This document shows, piece after piece, positions 19,463 through 28,545 of a DNA stretch of 64,000 nt. Position numbers and translations under genes: made by a program. The DNA comes from a virus. Under the pieces are notes generated by a model. The model was not told the DNA's origin and made no database searches. It saw nothing but the letters and a program-made list of their open reading frames with translations. The stretch lies in IMG/VR virus record IMGVR_UViG_3300035188_001379, positions 96,001-160,000 of that record. The stretch is one strand, 5' to 3'. Numbering within the stretch: position 1 is the stretch's first letter; each line of letters begins with the position of its first letter.

Positions 19463-19981
19463 CTATTTTAATGAAGCTTTCGACTTGTAAAAGTCATCCT
19501 GCTGCTTGTTGATAAAGGCCAATGCTTTATTCAAATCTTCTTTGAGAGCATCTTGCTTTGTGTTCTGTAGGTTTAAAGACCATGCCGCGCCTACGAATTG
19601 AAACAGCAGGGCAGCTACAGAGGTGATCAGAAGACGTATCATCCAGGTTTTCATCTCAACATAACTATTAGCTGTTTGTCGGAGAAATTCAAAATCCTTA
19701 GCCATGCTGTTCACATCTTTAACCAGAGAGGCTAATGTTCCCTTTAAGCCGTTGTTACCATCCACACCTATAGTGATATGCTTGTTGTCTCTAGCCATAT
19801 CACGTATTTCATTAATGGTAGCTCCGAGTAACCTAAACTGCTCTTGTGTAGTAGCAATATAGGACTCTAGGCGTATTTTGATGTTAGTTATCTCGGCATC
19901 AGTAACTTTTTTCTGACTTTGAAGTTCTGTAACATCTGAGGCTAAATCTCTTATATCTGGGTCGTCAAAATGCGAACTCAT
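19463..19981 (-). CDS. coiled-coil protein with single TM
   Basis: GVDGNNGLKG, TM near the C-terminus; lysis-cassette context. Confidence 0.6.
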   Translation of the reverse strand: MSSHFDDPDIRDLASDVTELQSQKKVTDAEITNIKIRLESYIATTQEQFRLLGATINEIRDMARDNKHITIGVDGNNGLKGTLASLVKDVNSMAKDFEFLRQTANSYVEMKTWMIRLLITSVAALLFQFVGAAWSLNLQNTKQDALKEDLNKALAFINKQQDDFYKSKASLK

Positions 19982-20025
19982 AGGCGTAAAAAATAGAGGA
20001 TAATATGGTTTAATTATACCCTAAT

Positions 20026-20409
20026 TTAGCTTTCGTGTCGCTTGATAATTTCTATTTTTTCTTCAGGATCAACCTGCTCTTCATCAGAGACATAGTAATT
20101 AAACTCTTTTTCATTATATGCAGATTTTTCTTCTGCAGAGTCATCCGTGTCTTCGGCTGCAGCTGCCTCCTTTTTGCTTCCTCTAAAAACAGAGCGTACA
20201 GAATCATTGTACACCTTGCTTACAATTAAGAGTTCGCTGGTACCGTTTTCACCAAGATATACACCTTTTCTCGGGATATCTAGAGCGTGCTCTACACAAG
20301 TCCATCGAGACTCTGGTATCCCCAGCATCTCTAAAGCCTCGATTCGTTCAGGAGGAATCACTTTGCCGCTCACTACGCATTTGTGCTCTTTCTTTTGTTG
20401 GTTTTCCAT
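20026..20409 (-). CDS. TraR/DksA-type Zn-finger protein
   Basis: CVVSGKVIPPERIEAL...TCVEH matches the C..CG..I..ERL.A.....C..C pattern with substitutions. Confidence 0.6.
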   Translation of the reverse strand: MENQQKKEHKCVVSGKVIPPERIEALEMLGIPESRWTCVEHALDIPRKGVYLGENGTSELLIVSKVYNDSVRSVFRGSKKEAAAAEDTDDSAEEKSAYNEKEFNYYVSDEEQVDPEEKIEIIKRHES

Positions 20410-20416
20410 ACGGTTA

Positions 20417-22186
20417 TTATTGTTGAGGTTGGGCTGCCTGCTGCTTTGCTCCTTGTAGGCCTTGAGATCTAGACTGGGCCGTCATTTGCTCGAGTTGAGC
20501 TTTGACCTGTGCATATAGGTCTTGATCCTGCGCCTTAATTTGCTGAAGCGTAGCCCTGCGTTGCGCTCCGTCCTGCGGAAAGAGTTGCTGGGCAATCTGC
20601 TGCGCTTGAGCAAGAGCGTCTTGAGGAGTAACTCCTCCTCCGCCCGGCATTCCGCCTCCGCCAGGAGCACCTTGTTGAGGTGTGCCCTGAAGCATCTGCA
20701 TAACATTCTGCTGCATTGCTTCGGATATCTGCTGCTTCTCTTGCTCCTCTCTTTGGATATCTGCAGTAATTCTGTCCTCTTCCATTTTCTTTCTGATTTG
20801 ATCTTCGTAATCGAAATTGTAGAGTTTGAGTAGCTCGGAGCGAGCAATAGAGTTGGCAGAAACAAGCTGACTCACAACAGACTTGCGCTCCATGTCGTCT
20901 GCAAATGTAATAGGAATTAAGGAAATTTTAGCCTTAGGAAGCCCGACAATATTACCAATCACACTACCCAGATGATTCAATAGCCTGTTATAATTGCTAG
21001 GAATAACGCTCCAAGCATTTTCAAACATACGTAGCATAGGTCCTGCAGCCTGCTGTTGAAAGCTCATCTGGAACATTTCAACTGGAACATCCAGCGCGTT
21101 CAGAATAGCGTTTTTTGCGTGCTCCATCATTTCTACAGGTGCAAGCTTGGTTCCTTCACCACCCAGCTGCTGGTAGTTTAAGGGGAATGGAAACTTATGG
21201 TATGACCCTGGATCTCTGCGGTGTTCCTCGATCATATTATCTACAGCAGACGACCAGACAGCACCATTCTGATTTAGTAGCGGGTTTGCTGCAGGGTTAG
21301 AACTGTCTCCCATAGCAATGATTCTAAACGGAGCGATGTCTTCAAAGCAGATTACTTCGTTATATCTTTTGAGTGTCTGCAGCATGAAGAGATCTTCAAA
21401 CACAAACATACTTGGAGGGATAGCCTTACCATCTGTTCTGATTGTGTTTGGTGTATCAAGTTTTAGGTGCAGAAAGTTTTTAGAATTGAATGCGAGCATC
21501 GTTTTATTGAAGATGCACTCAAAAATGATCTGAGGAGTCTTTTTGCTATAAAACTTATTGTTTTTAGTGACTACCTTTTTAGCATATTGCTGAGGGATGT
21601 CCCAAAAATACTCAGACTCCCCTGTAGTTTCTTCATAGCGAATCTTAATTTCTTTGGCAGGCCAATGCACAACATGAATTTTATCAATATCGTTTGCAGG
21701 CTTATCCTGGCATTTGTGCTGCCCCTTATAGCCACATTTAAGGCAGCCCATACTATACTGCCCCTTGTTAAACTCAAAGTTCTGGAGCTTGTCGATATTG
21801 GTTGTCTTTGCACAAGAGGGACAAACCAAATAGCGGTAAAAACCCTGGTTGACTGTGATAAACTCGTTACCAAAAGCCAAAAGATTCAGTCCAGCTTTAG
21901 CGCATATCTTTTTCCAATTAAGGCTATCCAAGAGCTCAGCATACTTTTTCTTTGCTTCTTCATCGTCACACTCAATGGACAATGACGTGATAAAGTAGTT
22001 GGCGATACGGTTTAGCGCCTGCTTATAGAAGCCGTTCCTGAACAAAAAGTGCTCTGCCCAAAGCAACATACCTTCAATATTCATCGGCAAATATTGCAGA
22101 GGAATATTATAGAATGGATTGGAGTATCTGTCGCGACCGTTATCGCCTACCTTGAAATAGCTTTGGGGATCGTCTGGAGTAGTCAT
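20417..22186 (-). CDS. putative portal protein
   Basis: 589 aa; size, helical character, YQQLGGEG..L and NAILNALDVP, Q/G-rich tail; CPSC...CLKC insertion; by-eye similarity to large-phage portals only. Confidence 0.5.
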   Translation of the reverse strand: MTTPDDPQSYFKVGDNGRDRYSNPFYNIPLQYLPMNIEGMLLWAEHFLFRNGFYKQALNRIANYFITSLSIECDDEEAKKKYAELLDSLNWKKICAKAGLNLLAFGNEFITVNQGFYRYLVCPSCAKTTNIDKLQNFEFNKGQYSMGCLKCGYKGQHKCQDKPANDIDKIHVVHWPAKEIKIRYEETTGESEYFWDIPQQYAKKVVTKNNKFYSKKTPQIIFECIFNKTMLAFNSKNFLHLKLDTPNTIRTDGKAIPPSMFVFEDLFMLQTLKRYNEVICFEDIAPFRIIAMGDSSNPAANPLLNQNGAVWSSAVDNMIEEHRRDPGSYHKFPFPLNYQQLGGEGTKLAPVEMMEHAKNAILNALDVPVEMFQMSFQQQAAGPMLRMFENAWSVIPSNYNRLLNHLGSVIGNIVGLPKAKISLIPITFADDMERKSVVSQLVSANSIARSELLKLYNFDYEDQIRKKMEEDRITADIQREEQEKQQISEAMQQNVMQMLQGTPQQGAPGGGGMPGGGGVTPQDALAQAQQIAQQLFPQDGAQRRATLQQIKAQDQDLYAQVKAQLEQMTAQSRSQGLQGAKQQAAQPQQ

Positions 22187-22350
22187 TAGTTATTTTGCTC
22201 TTCGAGTTCTGAAAGCTTTATAGGTTTATTAAGATTATGCTTATTACTTTCATCAGCCACTGCGAATCCCTCAAGATCCACATACTCGGCGACTTTGGTG
22301 TTATCGAAGTCGCTTTTTGATTTTTCTGTTAACATGCCGTTTTTTTCCAT
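22186..22350 (-). CDS. 54-aa hypothetical protein (not in ORF track)
   Basis: Own translation MEKNGMLTEKSKSDFDNTKV...EEQNN; fills the gap, stop overlaps the portal start. Confidence 0.55.
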   Translation of the reverse strand: MEKNGMLTEKSKSDFDNTKVAEYVDLEGFAVADESNKHNLNKPIKLSELEEQNN

Positions 22351-22352
22351 AT

Positions 22353-22937
22353 TTAATTTTCTTCCGGTACTTTAAAAAGAATCATATATTTTTTAGAACT
22401 GTCGGGCGAGTCAAAAGTAACGCCAGGATAATATACACTATATGGATAAGAGTCTACAGAATAAAATGTAAGTAGCTCACCTGCCTTGGGTTCAAAAATA
22501 ACAGAGTCTGCGTCTGAAAAAACGAGCATAAAAGCAGCGCCATGTTCAACAACGTGCTCTACCTTTGCCTTCATTTTACCGAAGGCATTTTCAAACTGAA
22601 CTGTTTTGAATTTCACAGGCTCTAGCTCTTTCACTGGTATATAGGCTTGAGGTTCAGTGTATTCAAACATAGGAGAGGCTTTCCTGCTTTTGTTCTTTTT
22701 GGGAGCTTTGCCGTTGCGGTGCGTTGAAGTCTGAATAACTTTCCCTCCATTTCTTTGCAGAGCCTCATGAAGCTCTTTCTGCACAGACTCGATATCTGAA
22801 GAGTCGCCATAGATAGCTACGCCATTGTCTATCAATTTACTCCCTGTTGCAGAATAAACCGATTTACTTGGATCAGAGCTGCCAACTACCAAATCTCCCA
22901 CCTGGAACATGCTAGTGTCGCTGTTTGTTGTTTTCAT
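22353..22937 (-). CDS. hypothetical protein
   Basis: Start reassigned to MKTTNSD; AT-rich upstream region with TGTATAAT. Confidence 0.65.
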   Translation of the reverse strand: MKTTNSDTSMFQVGDLVVGSSDPSKSVYSATGSKLIDNGVAIYGDSSDIESVQKELHEALQRNGGKVIQTSTHRNGKAPKKNKSRKASPMFEYTEPQAYIPVKELEPVKFKTVQFENAFGKMKAKVEHVVEHGAAFMLVFSDADSVIFEPKAGELLTFYSVDSYPYSVYYPGVTFDSPDSSKKYMILFKVPEEN

Positions 22938-23013
22938 AATTTGATTGATTTTGCAGATTCGCCGCCTTAATGTATAATATAGAAGCACGATAGCAACCTA
23001 TTTCTTAGATCAA

Positions 23014-24480
23014 ATGGCGATCAGTATACAATTATTGCGGCAAAGTACGATAGAGGTTCCTGAAATATCCTCATACAAACTCGTTGTAAGTACGGTCAAC
23101 GCTCAAAATATGTCTGACAAAATTTTTGTCAAACAGAGAATTCGTAATTTCGCCAGAGATAGATTTGATGATGTTTTCGTAGCAGTATGCACGCCTACTC
23201 AGCTTGAAGATTTTGAAGAGGACGCTCCTGGTGAGGGCACATCCTATTTTAGAACAAACACTATAGAGCTTGTGGCTAGAACTGCAGAGGAAATTCAAAC
23301 AGTTTTTGACTCGCTTGTATACGAAACAAAAAAACTTGTAGTAGACCTCACCGATCTTGAAAACCTAGAACAAGCAAGAATTTTTAATATCTCAGCAATA
23401 GACCCTGTAGAAGAGTTATCGCCTGAGCCTGTCATCACAAACGTAGTGAGAAATGCTAGTGAGGGATTGATAGTTGTAGGCTTTACGGCAGAGGAAACAG
23501 AGCTAGCCCTGCCTGCGTTGAGTTATCAGTATAGCTTAGACGGAGGACTTTCCTGGAAAGATGCGCTTCCAAGAGATACCTCAAGTCCTCTAACAATCGT
23601 AGACCCGTCTCCTCTCACTACACATAATCTGAAAATTAGGTCTTTGCTAGGTAAAGGAAAATATGGAGTACCTTCTGCGGGGACTTTCGTGCTGCCTATT
23701 GCTTCTTCAACAGCTCCAACAGACTTGCAGGTAACTCCTGGTAACCAGCAGCTGAGTGTTGCGTTTACGCCTCCTGAAAACACAGAGGTAATCAATTACG
23801 AATATAGCGTAAACAACGGGGCAGTGTGGACGACAAGAACACCTCAAAGTAACTCTTCGCCACTAGTAATCACAGGATTAACTAACGGCACAGCATATAA
23901 CATTAAATTGAGAGGCATAAATACACTAGGTTGCGGAGTTTCATCTGCGGCAGCAACAGGAACACCTGTCGCACCTGCTGCAACTTTTTGGCAATCTTGT
24001 AGCGCAGGCGGAGGTATAGTTCAAATAGACGACTTGCAGTTGCTGGCAAATAATTGGAAGCAAGACTCTACAGGAACAGCCTCAGGATGGACGATAGTAA
24101 AAAATAACAAAGCTGTAGCGTTAAGTACACTAAGTGGTACAGGAACGTTAAGGTTGCGCTGTTGTTATAAAAATAAAAATCTAGGAAGTCATTCAGCAGA
24201 CGGCAAAGAATATCCAAGCATACAAGTGTCTCAACTTAGCGCAGCTATCGGACCTGCAGGATATTTTAGAATGACATGGAACGGTAAGCAGCTATTTAAT
24301 TTAACGGCACAAAACACTGTTTCAAATACGTTCAGTTACTATCCAGCTAGTTCAGTGAGCGGAGGCGGCTACGGAAATGCAGGTACACTTGATCTAAACC
24401 AAACAGGGCTTATAGATGTGTTGATAGAGGGCAGCAATTTAACTTCGGGTGCTTTAGGCTTCAATTTCTTCTATGACTAG
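23014..24480 (+). CDS. fibronectin type III domain protein (virion-associated?)
   Basis: Two Fn3-like repeats (YQYSLDGG.SW; YEYSVNNG..W...ITGLTNGTAY.IKLRG.N..G.G..S). Confidence 0.75.
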   Translation: MAISIQLLRQSTIEVPEISSYKLVVSTVNAQNMSDKIFVKQRIRNFARDRFDDVFVAVCTPTQLEDFEEDAPGEGTSYFRTNTIELVARTAEEIQTVFDSLVYETKKLVVDLTDLENLEQARIFNISAIDPVEELSPEPVITNVVRNASEGLIVVGFTAEETELALPALSYQYSLDGGLSWKDALPRDTSSPLTIVDPSPLTTHNLKIRSLLGKGKYGVPSAGTFVLPIASSTAPTDLQVTPGNQQLSVAFTPPENTEVINYEYSVNNGAVWTTRTPQSNSSPLVITGLTNGTAYNIKLRGINTLGCGVSSAAATGTPVAPAATFWQSCSAGGGIVQIDDLQLLANNWKQDSTGTASGWTIVKNNKAVALSTLSGTGTLRLRCCYKNKNLGSHSADGKEYPSIQVSQLSAAIGPAGYFRMTWNGKQLFNLTAQNTVSNTFSYYPASSVSGGGYGNAGTLDLNQTGLIDVLIEGSNLTSGALGFNFFYD

Positions 24481-24607
24481 AAAACTAAAAATAAGCTTGC
24501 TGAGTCAAAAGCTGGCCGTAAACTTGTAAAAGTGCGTACAATTTTCAAAACTACCCAAAATTGTACAGGTATTGTACGTAGCGTTAAGTAAACAAGCTTA
24601 GCAACTT

Positions 24608-26131
24608 ATGCAAAAACGAAAAAAGAAATCTGTAGTTTCACAAAAAATAAAAATGACTGTGCCTGCTAGCGTTATCGAAGAGTGCAGAAGGCTGAAGCAG
24701 CAGAAAAAGGGTTTTACGAAATACCTTTATGAAAAGCTAAAATACAATGGAGAGCAAATCGACTTGGTGTTGCGAGAGCTAAAAAAAGGATTTTTAGACA
24801 AAAAATCTAGCGGTCCTGTGGAAGAGGACGTTGAGTGGGAGAGCAGTCTCAAATTTACTGATAAATATATCTACAACAAGCAAGACGACAAATACATCAT
24901 GCATCTCAAGTCAGCCAACGGAAACATTGTTCTTCCGGGCGACACTGTGAGAGGAATCAAAGAGAACTATTCAAACTGGGTAGGTGAAGAGCATTCGATC
25001 AATCAAGTGTGTCGGAACTACCAGATTCCTAGAAACTATCTTGTAGAGATTCTCAAGGTACTCGGCATCACTCACGACAGCGAGCCGATCACAGATGAAC
25101 AGATCAACGAAAGAGATGTTAAAGACATCGCTAAAGACATTCTACAGAAAAAGAAGTTCAATCTCTATCAGGAGTTTCAAAAGCGTAGCTGGAAAGAAAC
25201 AGAAGAAGATGCTTCTAAATGGAGAAGATTACAAGAAGGTGTAATAGACCCTTTTACAAATTTTATCAATTCGTGGAATCCTCCGCCTAGAGAAAAAGTA
25301 TCGTACAAAGGCTCTCCAGTAGGTAATAAGCCTAGAAAATCTTTCGTAGTAGGTTTGTCAGACGTGCACTTTGGAGCCAAATCCAACCCAAAAGACTCGT
25401 ATAGAAATAAAGGCTATAGCACGCAAGACGCAGTAAACTATATTAAGAAATATGTACAAGAGATTAAAGAAGCAGTCGAATCGAGGAATTACCATTTTGA
25501 CGAGTGCGTGCTTGCTGCCATGGGTGATATCCTACACACTACAGGCGCTGGATTCACCACCAAAGGAACTATGCTTGTACACGATTGCATCAAGGAAGAG
25601 CAGTTCGCTAGCGCATTCAATAGCATTGTTCTGCTAATTGACTCTCTGCTTGAAATCTTTCCTAAAGTTCGTGTCAACAGCGTTAAAGGAAATCATAACG
25701 ACTTTGGAGACTGGGTGCTGTTTAAAACCCTCGAGGCCTACTATCGTACAGAGCCAAGAATCTCTATAGATGTGTTCCAAACTGACCACGGACTGTTTAA
25801 GGTTAAGAGCACTTTGTTTGTGATTTCTCACGGCTATAGCGCAGAATACAAAGGCAGGTTGCCGAGTGGAAAAGAAAGAGAAAGGTATATCGCAAATCTT
25901 TTCCTCAGTAGGCCTGAAGAGTTGATTGGAGCTAAACAAAAAGTGTTGTTAACAGCAGACCAGCATCATCTTGAGATGAAAGAATATGCTGAGTTCGAGC
26001 ACTATATGCTTTCTACCGTAGTCAAAGGAGACAAACACAGTGATGCGTTTGGATTGAACAATATCGCTAGGCAGAGTTGTTTTGTGGTAGACGAGACAGG
26101 CATCAAAGAGATAGTCTATTGCTACAGCTAG
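24608..26131 (+). CDS. large metallophosphoesterase-family protein
   Basis: LSDVHFG, MGDILH, KGNHND, SHG, ADQHH in the C-terminal half; uncharacterised N-terminal half. Confidence 0.8.
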   Translation: MQKRKKKSVVSQKIKMTVPASVIEECRRLKQQKKGFTKYLYEKLKYNGEQIDLVLRELKKGFLDKKSSGPVEEDVEWESSLKFTDKYIYNKQDDKYIMHLKSANGNIVLPGDTVRGIKENYSNWVGEEHSINQVCRNYQIPRNYLVEILKVLGITHDSEPITDEQINERDVKDIAKDILQKKKFNLYQEFQKRSWKETEEDASKWRRLQEGVIDPFTNFINSWNPPPREKVSYKGSPVGNKPRKSFVVGLSDVHFGAKSNPKDSYRNKGYSTQDAVNYIKKYVQEIKEAVESRNYHFDECVLAAMGDILHTTGAGFTTKGTMLVHDCIKEEQFASAFNSIVLLIDSLLEIFPKVRVNSVKGNHNDFGDWVLFKTLEAYYRTEPRISIDVFQTDHGLFKVKSTLFVISHGYSAEYKGRLPSGKERERYIANLFLSRPEELIGAKQKVLLTADQHHLEMKEYAEFEHYMLSTVVKGDKHSDAFGLNNIARQSCFVVDETGIKEIVYCYS

Positions 26132-26154
26132 ACTGTGCATATTTAGGCTATTTA

Positions 26155-26172
26155 TTGGTATAATATATTGAT
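26155..26172 (+). promoter_or_regulatory. extended -10 promoter upstream of the tRNA cluster
   Basis: TTGGTATAATATATTGAT, identical to 15855-15872. Confidence 0.7.
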
Positions 26173-26202
26173 AGGGAAGCACTAGCTTTCAAATCAATGA
26201 AT

Positions 26203-26278
26203 GGGCCTGTAGCTCAATGGTCAGAGCAGGGCACTCATAATGCCTTGGTTGGGGGTTCGAATCCCTCCAGGCCTACCA
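26203..26278 (+). tRNA. tRNA with CAU anticodon, probably tRNA-Ile2 (Met not excluded)
   Basis: GGGCCTG/CAGGCCT acceptor, loop CT-CAT-AA, GTTCGAATC T-loop, encoded CCA; overall sequence resembles bacterial Ile2 tRNAs. Confidence 0.9.
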
Positions 26279-26312
26279 TTCATTTAAGTTCACCAACCCA
26301 ACCTAGCCCAAT

Positions 26313-26723
26313 ATGTATTCAACTCAGTTAGACAAAGTTCAAGTTAAGATCGCTAAGCTCGAAAAGCTCAAAGCGAAAGCAGCAAAGCTCAAGCACGAGA
26401 TTGCGAGTGCGTTGGCCCTTACTGCTCCTCTAGATCACAGGGTAAGTGCTCCAGAGATCGCAAACATTCCATCAGGCTCGAGAGCAAGAAACATATGGCC
26501 AAAGTCCCCTGAGTGGGACAAAGCCACTTTTCAAGTCTTAGAAGTCACTGGAAAAATCAATCAGTATTATGCTCCTGGCATCTGGTTCAAAACCAATGAG
26601 TGGGAGCTTGCCAAGCAGCATCTGGAAACAAACCTTACCAAAGGGAACATCTGGATCAGCGAGGCCTGGATTCAAGACGGAGAACTGTTCACAGGCAGCA
26701 GAAAAAGAGTAGCTACAAAGTAG
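26313..26723 (+). CDS. hypothetical protein
   Basis: 136-aa ORF. Confidence 0.6.
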   Translation: MYSTQLDKVQVKIAKLEKLKAKAAKLKHEIASALALTAPLDHRVSAPEIANIPSGSRARNIWPKSPEWDKATFQVLEVTGKINQYYAPGIWFKTNEWELAKQHLETNLTKGNIWISEAWIQDGELFTGSRKRVATK

Positions 26724-26727
26724 TATT

Positions 26728-27006
26728 ATGATTCACACAGAAATACTACTGAAGAAGGCTCTCGTCAAAGATGCTGTTGAAGCTCTTCGAAAAGAGATTG
26801 AAGATACCTTTAAAGGTAAAACAGTCTTTTTTGAGAAAGATGGTCCTTGCGCAGTTGAGAGCGTGTTCATATATAATGACGCATCCGAAGCTGAATGGAC
26901 CACTGGAGATCTATGGGTGACGTTTCTTCCTGAGAAAGAAGAAGACGACGACATGATGGTTTTTTGTCCCATAGATGATCTGGACAAGCTGAAAATTCTG
27001 GTCTAG
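26728..27006 (+). CDS. hypothetical protein
   Basis: 92-aa ORF. Confidence 0.6.
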   Translation: MIHTEILLKKALVKDAVEALRKEIEDTFKGKTVFFEKDGPCAVESVFIYNDASEAEWTTGDLWVTFLPEKEEDDDMMVFCPIDDLDKLKILV

Positions 27007-27017
27007 ATTAAAAGAAC

Positions 27018-27102
27018 GCCGGTGTGGCGGAATGGCAGACGCAACGGACTTAAAATCCGTTGGGGAGCAATCCTCGTGTGGGTTCGAGTCCCACCATCGG
27101 CA
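27018..27102 (+). tRNA. tRNA-Leu(UAA), CCA not encoded
   Basis: GCCGGTG/CATCGGC acceptor, ACGGA-CTTAAAA-TCCGT anticodon arm, long variable arm, GTTCGAGTC. Confidence 0.92.
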
Positions 27103-27114
27103 CTTTCAAATCTT

Positions 27115-27273
27115 ATGCACGAGATATTTCAGTACTTGTTTTTGGTTATTCTAGATGTAGTTTTTATGAAGAATGTTTCTCCCATCTACATAAAAACTAC
27201 ATTCGCCCTGCTTGCTTTTTTGAGTGCATTGATGCTCACTAGAGCTGCATTGAAAAGATTCACGCACCAGTAG
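27115..27273 (+). CDS. possible 52-aa hydrophobic protein between tRNAs
   Basis: [17 protein letters not shown]...; last 10 nt overlap tRNA-Arg. Confidence 0.35.
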   Translation: MHEIFQYLFLVILDVVFMKNVSPIYIKTTFALLAFLSALMLTRAALKRFTHQ

Positions 27274-27340
27274 CTCAGCTGGATAGAGCAACGGATTTCT
27301 AATCCGTCGGTCGCAGGTTCGAATCCTGCCTGGTGCACCA
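27264..27340 (+). tRNA. tRNA-Arg(UCU)
   Basis: GCACCAG/CTGGTGC acceptor, ACGGA-TTTCTAA-TCCGT arm (anticodon TCT), GTTCGAATC, encoded CCA. Confidence 0.93.
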
Positions 27341-27372
27341 CTTCGGTAAGTAAACAACAAACAAAGCAGACA

Positions 27373-27516
27373 ATGAACAAAAACACCCGAGCTAAGAAAA
27401 AGTTGGAAAAGTCCTCAACAAAAGGAACAGCATGCGTCTCAGACTTCAAGCTGAGGCATTTGAATCCTCAGAACAAAAGAGGAAGTGCATGGCAGGGCGC
27501 AAGTCCTAAGAAGTAG
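27373..27516 (+). CDS. 47-aa basic protein (not in ORF track)
   Basis: Own translation MNKNTRAKKKLEKSS...WQGASPKK; followed by a terminator. Confidence 0.45.
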   Translation: MNKNTRAKKKLEKSSTKGTACVSDFKLRHLNPQNKRGSAWQGASPKK

Positions 27517-27536
27517 AGAATACTCTATTTAGTTCG

Positions 27537-27585
27537 AGCCCCTATAGAGCGCAGATGTGCGTTTCTATAGGGGCTTTTTTTTAGC
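27537..27585 (+). terminator. intrinsic terminator, T-tract-AGC type
   Basis: AGCCCCTATAGA...TCTATAGGGGCT, T-run, AGC. Confidence 0.8.
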
Positions 27586-27616
27586 CTATAGAGGTGCATA
27601 TAATATGCGGTATTTT

Positions 27617-27625
27617 TGGTATAAT
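27617..27625 (+). promoter_or_regulatory. extended -10 promoter
   Basis: TGGTATAAT about 35 nt after the terminator. Confidence 0.65.
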
Positions 27626-27663
27626 ATTATGAGGGAGTTTTCCCTATAAGAAACAGCATACCC

Positions 27664-27861
27664 ATGGACCCAGATCCAACAAAGCACTGTGACTGCCCTA
27701 AATGCAAAGCATTGAGGGGAGAAAAATTACCCGTCAACAGATGGGTATCTAGAGAGAGACAAGTAGCGAAAAGCAAGAACACGATGCTTGCTGACGCTAT
27801 ACAACAAGAAGAGGACAGAGACCATCAACCACCAGGAATCAGACTATGGAAAAGAAAATAA
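27664..27861 (+). CDS. hypothetical protein
   Basis: HCDCPKC motif; first gene after the promoter. Confidence 0.5.
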   Translation: MDPDPTKHCDCPKCKALRGEKLPVNRWVSRERQVAKSKNTMLADAIQQEEDRDHQPPGIRLWKRK

Positions 27862-28112
27862 ACCTATACAACCTAGAGAACACAATCATATCACTCGCAG
27901 CAGTGGTAGTAGCAGTTCTCTCGTTCGTTTATCTGGGCGACAAATATCTCGACCAGAGACAAGCAGAGATAGATAAGCTCAACGATCTTCTTGACCAGAA
28001 GGTTGTAGAAGTCGAGCGCTTGAGAGGCGCACTTATCGAGAAAGAGGATGAAATCGTAGAGTTGAGATATACCTACGCAAGAGAAGTAACAAAAAAACTC
28101 GCAAGAAAATGA
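27846..28112 (+). CDS. TM + coiled-coil protein
   Basis: N-terminal TM helix followed by heptads. Confidence 0.6.
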   Translation: MEKKINLYNLENTIISLAAVVVAVLSFVYLGDKYLDQRQAEIDKLNDLLDQKVVEVERLRGALIEKEDEIVELRYTYAREVTKKLARK

Positions 28113-28303
28113 CAAACCTACAAAAGCTAGCCAAGATTAATGAAGAGATGCGTAAGCTGCTCACTGAAGTTGAAAATCTTCGAGATCTAGGTCAGTTGCT
28201 CAGTATCCCAGAGATTCTGAGCAAGGCTGAGAAGCTGCAGAAAGAAGGAGCACTTTTGATTTCAAAGATAAATGCAAAACGTTCTAGAGATCATCAGAGC
28301 TGA
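28109..28303 (+). CDS. small helical protein
   Basis: ATGA coupling. Confidence 0.55.
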   Translation: MTNLQKLAKINEEMRKLLTEVENLRDLGQLLSIPEILSKAEKLQKEGALLISKINAKRSRDHQS

Positions 28304-28493
28304 CCACGATAGAAGACTCGAAGCAGCACGAAAGCGTGTTGCTGAGGCTAGTGAGATGAGCAAGGCCTCACACTGGACAGACGGTTACATGACACTTGAA
28401 AAGCTACGAAAAGCTCACGAGGAATACATGAAGCTTATCAAAGAAGAAGCATTTCTAATGAACCTGCTTTTAGGTAAAGTGCCATTGAACTAG
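28272..28493 (+). CDS. small helical protein
   Basis: Ends just before the terminator. Confidence 0.55.
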   Translation: MQNVLEIIRADHDRRLEAARKRVAEASEMSKASHWTDGYMTLEKLRKAHEEYMKLIKEEAFLMNLLLGKVPLN

Positions 28494-28501
28494 TTGAAGA
28501 G

Positions 28502-28545
28502 AGAGTAGCAGCAGGGTGACACCTGTTTGCTGCTCTTTTTTTAGC
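28502..28545 (+). terminator. intrinsic terminator, T-tract-AGC type
   Basis: AGAGTAGCAGCAGG...CCTGTTTGCTGCTCT, T-run, AGC. Confidence 0.75.

Noticed and set aside
27022-27114. 5' part of the listed 83-aa ORF
   Set aside because: It is the tRNA-Leu sequence; only the part from ATG 27115 could be coding
27264-27340. Amber suppressor tRNA / TAG recoding
   Set aside because: The 7-nt loop TTTCTAA centres on TCT, not CTA; long genes translate intact in code 11, and TAG stops are followed closely by new starts (e.g. 6191/6193)
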